Source: Lachnospiraceae bacterium
GTDB taxonomy: Bacteria > Bacillota > Clostridia > Lachnospirales > Lachnospiraceae
Length of the DNA: 64,000 bases
Direction of reading: 5' to 3'
Assembly (NCBI GenBank): GCA_017468395.1
Contig: JAFUIR010000008.1
Coordinates: 5,980 to 69,979, forward strand
Shown here: positions 57,114 to 64,000 of the stretch, piece by piece
Layout: each line of letters starts with the position of its first letter
How positions within the stretch are numbered: position 1 is the first letter of the stretch
Notes under the pieces: generated by a model
Databases searched by the model: none
What the model saw: the letters and a program-made list of their open reading frames with translations, nothing else
Told to the model about the DNA's origin: nothing
Position numbers and translations under genes: made by a program

Positions 57114-57971
57114 ATGGCGAATCTGGGAATACCACAGAATACCATTGCAGTTTTGCAGAAATACAATTTTAATTTTCAAAAAAGATTCGGACAAAATTTC
57201 CTGATTGATACTTCTGTGCTGGATAGAATTATTTCGGCGGCGGAAATTACCAAGGATGATTGTGTACTGGAAATCGGTCCCGGAATCGGAACCATGACAC
57301 AATACCTGGCAGAAAGTGCAAGAGAAGTGGTGGCGGTGGAGATTGATAAAAATCTGATTCCCATTTTAGAGGATACACTGTCCGAATACGATAACGTGAC
57401 AGTGATTAATGAGGATATTTTGAAGGTGGACATTGCCAAAATCGTGGAGGAGCGAAACGGCGGAAAGCCTATTAAAGTAGTGGCAAATCTGCCTTATTAT
57501 ATTACCACACCCATTATTATGGGGTTGTTTGAAAGTCATGTACCTTTAAAAAGTATTACCATCATGGTACAAAAAGAAGTGGCTGACCGGATGCAGGTGG
57601 GCCCCGGAACAAAAGATTACGGCGCTCTTTCTTTGGCGGTACAGTATTATGCCAAGCCGGAAATTGTGGCAAATGTGCCCCCCAACTGTTTTATTCCCAG
57701 GCCAAGCGTAGGCAGTGCGGTTATCAGGCTGACCAGATTTGAAAATCCGCCGGTGGAAGTGAATGATGAGAAGTTTATGTTTGCCCTCATCCGTGCATCT
57801 TTTAACCAAAGAAGAAAAACTCTGGTAAACGGTCTCACAGGTGCAGGAGATTTGCATCTTACAAAGGAGCAGGTAATTGCAGCATTGGAAAGAATGAAAT
57901 TATCGCCTCAAGTGCGCGGAGAGGCGCTGACTTTGGAACAGTTTGCGCTGCTTAGCAGAGAGTTAGACTGA
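57114..57971 (+). CDS. rsmA: 16S rRNA dimethyladenosine transferase
   Basis: FGQNFLID, EIGPGIG, VANLPYYIT, QRRKTL. Confidence 0.97.
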   Translation: MANLGIPQNTIAVLQKYNFNFQKRFGQNFLIDTSVLDRIISAAEITKDDCVLEIGPGIGTMTQYLAESAREVVAVEIDKNLIPILEDTLSEYDNVTVINEDILKVDIAKIVEERNGGKPIKVVANLPYYITTPIIMGLFESHVPLKSITIMVQKEVADRMQVGPGTKDYGALSLAVQYYAKPEIVANVPPNCFIPRPSVGSAVIRLTRFENPPVEVNDEKFMFALIRASFNQRRKTLVNGLTGAGDLHLTKEQVIAALERMKLSPQVRGEALTLEQFALLSRELD

Positions 57972-57976
57972 GGATT

Positions 57977-58005
57977 GAAGGAAAGGTTTCGGCCTTTCCT
58001 TTTTT
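57977..58005 (+). terminator. Intrinsic terminator
   Basis: GAAGGAAAGG-loop-CCTTTCCTT followed by a T run. Confidence 0.85.
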
Positions 58006-58152
58006 GCTTATATTGCTTAAGAATTTATTAAAAGGTACAATATCTTGTATTTTTTCTACATTTTTCCACTATATTTTTTTGACATGATATGTACTGTTGT
58101 GATAAACTTAGATAAAGTATGGGTTGGTGTCGGCAGTAAGGAGTATGCAGTC

Positions 58153-58722
58153 ATGGGGTTGTTTGATAACGATATTAAAATTGAAGCACTCAAAACCTTA
58201 ATTACACGGAAAAAGTATGAAGAAGCCGTGGAATTGGCAGATGAAATCAGATGGGGACGCGTAAAAGATGTACGGCTGCTTTGTACCATCAGTGATCTCT
58301 ATAAAAAGAGCAGACGATTTGAGGACAGTAGAGATTTGCTTCTTGTGGCAAAAAAGAGACATCCCGAGGAAAAGGCTATTGTGTCGTCTTTATGTGAACT
58401 TTGTATTAGATTGGGCGATATCGAGGACGCGGAAGAATATTACAAAGAATTTATGGATATAGCACCGGATGACAGCGGTTCTTATGTGCTGAAATATAAG
58501 TTGTCAGAAGCAAAAGAAGCGGGTGCGGAAGAGAAAATTACTATATTGGAAGAATTGAAAGAAAAGAAACCTACGGCAAGATGGCTGTATGAATTGGCGA
58601 AAATGTACGGACAATCAGGAATGACTGAAAAATGTGTGACACAATGTAATGAACTTGTGGAGCAATTTGGCGAGAGTAAGTATGCGGCCAGGGCGGTGGA
58701 GTTAAAAAATAAAGTAGGTTAG
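58153..58722 (+). CDS. Stand-alone TPR-like helical protein, paralog of the N-terminus of the next gene
   Basis: RBS AGGAG before ATG 58153; ungapped alignment to residues 1-189 of the next protein; promoter TTGACA-N18-TAAACT at 58079-58108. Confidence 0.85.
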   Translation: MGLFDNDIKIEALKTLITRKKYEEAVELADEIRWGRVKDVRLLCTISDLYKKSRRFEDSRDLLLVAKKRHPEEKAIVSSLCELCIRLGDIEDAEEYYKEFMDIAPDDSGSYVLKYKLSEAKEAGAEEKITILEELKEKKPTARWLYELAKMYGQSGMTEKCVTQCNELVEQFGESKYAARAVELKNKVG

Positions 58723-58749
58723 TTTCAGCAGATGAGGGAGCGAACAACC

Positions 58750-61464
58750 GTGGATAAGTACGAATATAAGATAAGAACGGAAGAAATAAAGACTTTGATT
58801 GCAAAGGGAAAATATGCGGAAGCGGCAGATGTTGCGGACGGAATTGATTGGCGCCGTGTGAAAAGCGTGATGATGCTTTGTACTATCAGTGATCTTTATA
58901 AAATGAACAGAAGATTTGAAGACAGCAAAGATTTGCTTCTTTTGGCATACGACAGACATCCGGGCGGAAGGTCTATCGTTTATTCGTTGTGTGAATTATC
59001 CATTAAAATGGGAGAATTTGTGCAGGCGGTGGAATATTACAAAGAGTTTGTGCAAGTGGCGCCCAGAGACAACGGACGCTATGTTTTACAGTATAAATTA
59101 TATGAAGCGCAGGATGTCAGTTTGGAAGAGCGCATAGCGGTTTTAGAAGAACTGAAATCCAGAGAATATCTGGAAAAGTGGGCTTATGAACTGGCTTACT
59201 TGTATCACAGAGTGGGTCTTGCTACCAAATGTGTAGAAGAGTGTGATGAACTGATTTTATGGTTCGGCAAAGGTAAATATGTTATGAAGTCTATGGAACT
59301 GAAAATGCTTCATGAGCCTTTGACGCCGGCCCAGCAGGAAAAGTATGACATGGCGAAAGGTTTGCTCCGTGGCATGTCAGAAGAGGAAGAGACTCCATCC
59401 CAGGAGAATGATGAAAACGCTAATTTGATGGATGCACCTACTTTGGAAATGCCCGCAAAAGAGTTGGATATCCAAGTAAAGGTTATGGGTGTGGGCCAGT
59501 ATGACACCATCAATATGCAAAAGGAACTTGCAGAGCAGTTGAAAGAACTGTGGGAGGGTACGGAAGCCGGAGAAGAAAACAGTCAAGAAGATAGTGAAGA
59601 AAACGGCGAAGTAAGTCAGGATACCAAAGTGTTTTTGACTAGAGAAACCGGCGAATTGTCGCTTCCTGATGAAGAAATGCAGGAAGAGGAAATTTCTCGG
59701 GAAGAAGAACCTCAGCAAAAGGAAGAAGTTCAAGAGGAAGAAGTTCAGGAAGAAGAACTGCAGGAAGAAATCCCGCAGGAAGAAATCCCACAGGAACAAA
59801 ACTTACAAGAAGAACGGCCGGAAACAGAAGAAAGCAAAGTGGAAGTGTTCTTTGGGGAAACTGCGGAACTGGACACCACTGCCAGTCAGGTAATGGAGGC
59901 GATGAAAAATGAAACCTCCGGTCAGTTGGCTTTTGGCATAGAAGCCGATTCCGGCGACATAAAAGAAATTACGGTGGAAACAACAACGGATGAAACACCG
60001 TCAGAAACTGTGGCGACAGAGGAGAAACCCCGAAATACACATCGTGCATACGATAAAATACTTGGAATGGAGTATGACGGTCAGATTAGCATGTTGCTTC
60101 CGGAATCTGAGCAGATTGAAAAGCAGATCACCGGTCAGATAAAGTTGGAAGACGTTCTTATCGAATGGGAAAGAATGAAAAAAGAAAGTGAACAGAAACG
60201 CAGAGAGGCAGTGGAGCAGAGAGTGCTTCAGCAGACAGGCGCCATGTTTACTGAGTTTGAGGCTTCCATCAGGGATGGCTTACTGGAACAACTGGAAAGA
60301 GAAAAAAATGCAGACGAAGATGCGGAACCCGAATCTGAAGTTGCAGAAGAATTATACGAAGCCGAAGAACCGGAAGAAATCGAAGAGCCGGAAGAAGTCG
60401 AAGAGCCGGAAGAAGTCGAAGAGCCGGAAGAAACTGAAGAAGTCGAAGAACTGGAAGAGATAGAGGAACCGGAAGAAGTCGAAGAGCCGGAAGAGATAGA
60501 GGAACCGGAAGAAGTCGAAGAACCGGAAGAAACCGAAGCGCCGGAAGAAACCGAAGAGCCGGAAGAAACCGAAGAGCCGGAAGAAACTGAAGAAGTCGAA
60601 GAACTGGAAGAGATAGAGGAACCGGAAGAAGTCGAAGAGCCGGAAGAAACCCAAGAGCCGGAAGAAACCCAAGGCGCCGGTCAGGTTCCCGTTGAACTGC
60701 AGAAAAAAGAAAAGACCCTACGTCCACTGTCCCCGGAAGAACTGGAATTATTCAGTGCTTATACTCACAGTCCGAAGAGCAAAGAACAGATTATCAATGC
60801 TATCGATACTATTTCCATGGCATCTTACACCGGAAACGTGATTATTACCGGTGATGAAAATATGGATACTTTGACCTTGGCAAAAAATCTGGTAAAAGAG
60901 GTGCAAAATACAGACAGCAATTTCTCCGGAAAAATTGCCAAAATATCCGGTGCATCTTTGAACCAGAAAGATGTGGAAGAAACTTTGGATAAGATGGCCA
61001 ACGGCGCATTAATTGTACAGCGGGCGGCAGGTATCAATAAAGACACGGTAACTAAGTTGCACAAAGTTTTGGAACAGGAAGAAAGAGGCGTTATTGTTCT
61101 TTTAATTGACACAAAGAAAACAATGACTCATTTCCTGAAAGAAAATCCTATGCTGAAAGAAAGTTTTACCATCCGTGTGGACGTGGAAGCCCTGAGCAAT
61201 GATGCACTGGTAGAATATGGCAAAAAGTATGCCCGTGAGTTGGAATACAGCATAGATGACATGGGCGTGTTGGCCCTTCATACCGTGATTTCTGACCGGC
61301 AGACCAGTGAACACGCGGTAACAGCCCAGGAGGTACAGGAAATCATCGATGATGCAATCCGCAGCGCAAACAGAAAGACCATAGCACATTTCTTTGACCT
61401 CCTTATTGCAAAGCGATATGATGATGAAGATATGATTATTCTGCGGGAAAAAGACTTTATGTAA
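58750..61464 (+). CDS. TPR domain + long acidic disordered region + degenerate SpoVK/CbbX-type AAA+ domain
   Basis: GTG start with GAGGGAG RBS; C-terminus aligns by eye to the SpoVK-like fold with Walker A GDENMDT, Walker B LIVQR and NPMLKESF. Confidence 0.75.
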   Translation: MDKYEYKIRTEEIKTLIAKGKYAEAADVADGIDWRRVKSVMMLCTISDLYKMNRRFEDSKDLLLLAYDRHPGGRSIVYSLCELSIKMGEFVQAVEYYKEFVQVAPRDNGRYVLQYKLYEAQDVSLEERIAVLEELKSREYLEKWAYELAYLYHRVGLATKCVEECDELILWFGKGKYVMKSMELKMLHEPLTPAQQEKYDMAKGLLRGMSEEEETPSQENDENANLMDAPTLEMPAKELDIQVKVMGVGQYDTINMQKELAEQLKELWEGTEAGEENSQEDSEENGEVSQDTKVFLTRETGELSLPDEEMQEEEISREEEPQQKEEVQEEEVQEEELQEEIPQEEIPQEQNLQEERPETEESKVEVFFGETAELDTTASQVMEAMKNETSGQLAFGIEADSGDIKEITVETTTDETPSETVATEEKPRNTHRAYDKILGMEYDGQISMLLPESEQIEKQITGQIKLEDVLIEWERMKKESEQKRREAVEQRVLQQTGAMFTEFEASIRDGLLEQLEREKNADEDAEPESEVAEELYEAEEPEEIEEPEEVEEPEEVEEPEETEEVEELEEIEEPEEVEEPEEIEEPEEVEEPEETEAPEETEEPEETEEPEETEEVEELEEIEEPEEVEEPEETQEPEETQGAGQVPVELQKKEKTLRPLSPEELELFSAYTHSPKSKEQIINAIDTISMASYTGNVIITGDENMDTLTLAKNLVKEVQNTDSNFSGKIAKISGASLNQKDVEETLDKMANGALIVQRAAGINKDTVTKLHKVLEQEERGVIVLLIDTKKTMTHFLKENPMLKESFTIRVDVEALSNDALVEYGKKYARELEYSIDDMGVLALHTVISDRQTSEHAVTAQEVQEIIDDAIRSANRKTIAHFFDLLIAKRYDDEDMIILREKDFM
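60361..60672 (+). repeat. Coding tandem repeat (9/18-nt units, EEPEE[V/I/T]) with an exact 77-nt higher-order duplication
   Basis: 60418-60494 is identical to 60571-60647. Confidence 0.9.
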
Positions 61465-61501
61465 GAAGAAGTTATTTGCTTTTTCCTATTATCACAAGGG
61501 T

Positions 61502-61528
61502 TAAGAAAATTCATAATATAACCGAAAT
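61502..61528 (+). promoter_or_regulatory. Sigma28 (FliA/SigD)-like promoter
   Basis: TAAG-N15-ACCGAAAT versus consensus TAAA-N15-GCCGATAA. Confidence 0.6.
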
Positions 61529-61580
61529 AGAAGGTGAACAGGACGTTCATCTTCTATTTTTATTTCTTGGAGACAGGTGT

Positions 61581-64000
61581 ATGAGAATTAGTTTTGAAGA
61601 ACACACACACAATGTCGACCGGGCTACAAATGAATATAACCGCAACCGGACGGAAAAAACGAAGCGTACCGATTGCTATGCATTAGACATTTCTGGCACA
61701 GTTATGGATAACACTGCTTACGGGGTTCAGGGAAGAACCGCAGAGGACGTGATGCGTGAAGCAGCTGCAACAGATGCAGATGTACTTCGTGACTATATGA
61801 CAGTTATGTCTAATTCTATGTCTGAGGAGGATTTTGCGAAACTTCAAAAAGAAGGCTGTTCTCCTATGGACACGGATATTGAAGAAGTAGTTACCATTGT
61901 CGATAAAATAAAAGCTGAGCTTGCCAAAGCAGGTGTAGAGGTTGTAGGTTATACGGATACGTTGGATACAGAAACCTTGACAGAGATTGCAGGCAGTGAA
62001 ACCTATGCTCATGCCATAGAAAATGCTTTCCGAAAAGCGGATGTGCCCATGACGAAGGAAAATGTGACAGAAGCAGTAAATGCCGTGAATAAGGCAAAAG
62101 AATTGTCCGTTCCTACAGAGGGCGCAGAAAAGTATATGCTGGATAATCAGTTGGAACCTACCATTGATGATTTGTATCTGGCGGAATTTTCGGGGGCAGA
62201 CAGAAGTGCCAGACAGGCAAAAGGATATTATCGTGACGACACCGCCGGCTATTATGCCAAAAGAGCGGAAGCGGTGGATTTGGAAAGTTTAAAGGGCCAG
62301 ATAGAGCAGATTATTTTGCGGGAAGGTCTGGAATTAAATGAAGAAAATTTAAAGAATGCAGAATTTTTGCTGGAAAAGGGAATTCCCGTGACCGGCGAGA
62401 AAATAAGCCTTCTTGGAAGAATAAAAAGCACAAGGCTTCCGGCAGATGAAGATACTCTGTGGAAAGCGGTAGCAGCCGCACTGGCAGAGGGTAAACCGGC
62501 AGGAGATGCCAATCTTTATGACGGAAGAAGCGTCTATGAAAAAGCGGCATCCGCAGATAAAGATGTGGATGAACTGTTGGCACAGGCAGAAAGTTCCGGC
62601 AATGTGACCAGATACAGACAGTTGCAGGAAATCCGTCTGATGATGACGGTGGACGCCAATGTGAAACTTTTAAAGAGCGGTTTTTCCATTGATACGGGAA
62701 AATTGGAAGAACTGGTAGATGCCCTGAAGGATTTGGAGCAGAAGCAGGCGGAAAATCTCTTTGGTGCCTCTGCAAATCCCATATCCGATTATCAGTTATA
62801 TAAAGAGAGCGTTGCAAAGGCAGCAGCGTTGCCAGCAATGCCTGCGGACGTCATCGGCAAAGTGGCAGGACGTATTGCTAAGGTGGGTATTGATGCCCTG
62901 TATGAAGAGGGGCTGGCAATCCAGAAGTCCTATCAGGAGGCTCAGAAAAGTTACGAAGCCTTAATGACGGCACCCAGAAGAGACATGGGTGACAATATTC
63001 AGACTGCGTTCCGTAACGTAGATAATATTTTGGCAGACATGGGTCTTTCCTTAACAGAGGAAAATCGCAGGGCAGTGCGTATATTGGGATATAACAGCAC
63101 AGAAATTACGCCGGAGAATCTGGCGGATGTAAAAGCCGCAGACAGAAGCGTTCAGCGTGTGGTAGATAAATTGACTCCTGCCAAAGTTCTTCAGATGATT
63201 CGCGATGGTATGAATCCTTTGGAAACGAGTTTGGCGGATGTGGAAGCGTATTTGGACGGACAGGAAAGCTATGATGAAGAGGCACAAAAGTACAGCAAGT
63301 ATCTGTACAGTCTGGAAAAATCCGGAAAAATAACCGACAGTGAAAAAGAAAGTTACATCGGTATTTACCGTATGCTCAGACAGATTGAAAAATCTGACGG
63401 GGCAGTGATTGGCAGCCTTTTGGAAAGCGGAGCACAGATTACTTTTGCAAATCTTTTGTCAGCTGTCCGCAGTAGTAAAGTAAAAGGCATTGACGTTTCA
63501 GTGGACGATAACTTTGGGGGATTGGAAGCCTTAAATACGAGGGGAATTTCCATTACAGAGCAGATTGCGGCAGGTTACACCAAAGGTTTAAGAGAAAATC
63601 TGGAAAAAGAAATAACGGACAGTTCTTATAATAAAGTTCTTTTGGACGAAGTGAGAAAACTGAAACAGATTACCGATGGTGATTTGGATATGTTAAAACA
63701 GATGGAAATTCCTGTGACGGTAGACTATCTGTTAGCTACGTCCATGCTCCGCAGCGATAGGGGTAGCGCAGTGCGCAAGTTGTGGCAAAAGAGGGATGCG
63801 GTAGAAGAACTGCCCAAAGCCATGGAACATATCCGTCAGTGGGAAGAACAATTGACAGACCGCGATAGTGCGAAAGCATCTTATCAGGAATATGTAAAGC
63901 AACTTACCCAAATAGCGGAGGAACTGACTTTCTCTGCAGCAGATACATCCATCGATGTGCGGGAAATGCAACTTATTCACAAGCAATTACATGTAGCCGG
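61581..64000 (+). CDS. DUF6240-like large protein (often labelled FliK-like), runs off the window end (not in the ORF track)
   Basis: Hand translation MRISFEEH...YALDISGTVMDNTAYGVQGRTAEDVM...MTVMSNSMSEEDFAKLQKEG...IVDKIKAELAKAG; its absence from the ORF track fits a frame with no stop in the window. Confidence 0.75.
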   Translation, partial: MRISFEEHTHNVDRATNEYNRNRTEKTKRTDCYALDISGTVMDNTAYGVQGRTAEDVMREAAATDADVLRDYMTVMSNSMSEEDFAKLQKEGCSPMDTDIEEVVTIVDKIKAELAKAGVEVVGYTDTLDTETLTEIAGSETYAHAIENAFRKADVPMTKENVTEAVNAVNKAKELSVPTEGAEKYMLDNQLEPTIDDLYLAEFSGADRSARQAKGYYRDDTAGYYAKRAEAVDLESLKGQIEQIILREGLELNEENLKNAEFLLEKGIPVTGEKISLLGRIKSTRLPADEDTLWKAVAAALAEGKPAGDANLYDGRSVYEKAASADKDVDELLAQAESSGNVTRYRQLQEIRLMMTVDANVKLLKSGFSIDTGKLEELVDALKDLEQKQAENLFGASANPISDYQLYKESVAKAAALPAMPADVIGKVAGRIAKVGIDALYEEGLAIQKSYQEAQKSYEALMTAPRRDMGDNIQTAFRNVDNILADMGLSLTEENRRAVRILGYNSTEITPENLADVKAADRSVQRVVDKLTPAKVLQMIRDGMNPLETSLADVEAYLDGQESYDEEAQKYSKYLYSLEKSGKITDSEKESYIGIYRMLRQIEKSDGAVIGSLLESGAQITFANLLSAVRSSKVKGIDVSVDDNFGGLEALNTRGISITEQIAAGYTKGLRENLEKEITDSSYNKVLLDEVRKLKQITDGDLDMLKQMEIPVTVDYLLATSMLRSDRGSAVRKLWQKRDAVEELPKAMEHIRQWEEQLTDRDSAKASYQEYVKQLTQIAEELTFSAADTSIDVREMQLIHKQLHVA

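Noticed and set aside
60361-60672. Possible CRISPR array
   Set aside because: Units are contiguous 9/18-nt in-frame repeats with no unique spacers and no cas genes
60188-60727. Repetitive ORFs in other frames and strands (LRFLPA, FFRLFD, KKSKSR repeats)
   Set aside because: By-products of the Glu-rich coding repeat

Overview
This window looks like an ordinary chromosomal segment from a motile, probably spore-forming Lachnospiraceae-type (Clostridia) gut or rumen bacterium. The taxonomy is inferred from gene content, not searched. It holds about 55 CDS, mostly housekeeping and plant-glycan genes: a partial GH5, GH26, CE2, GH127/146, galKT, a complete fructose PTS operon, trmL, rlmI-like, tatD and rsmA. 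It also has two solitary tRNAs (Pro-CGG and Lys-CTT), a Leu T-box, and many readable operators and terminators. I found no CRISPR array, transposase, integrase or prophage. Five items stand out. (1) A 2-isopropylmalate synthase is fused in frame to an AraC DNA-binding domain under a Leu T-box, a candidate leucine-sensing trigger enzyme. (2) A BlaR1-type receptor has an outer domain that is a LytM/M23 fold lacking all Zn ligands, a candidate peptidoglycan sensor; a second BlaI/BlaR1 pair uses a different operator and ectodomain. (3) A TPR / acidic-repeat / catalytically dead SpoVK-CbbX-type AAA+ protein is preceded by a stand-alone duplicate of its TPR domain and followed by a DUF6240 gene with a sigma28-like promoter. 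(4) A four-way-junction structured element lies downstream of tRNA-Lys. (5) There are orphan Rpn-like C-terminal modules, one with an internal RBS. All family assignments come from motif recognition by eye, without database searches.
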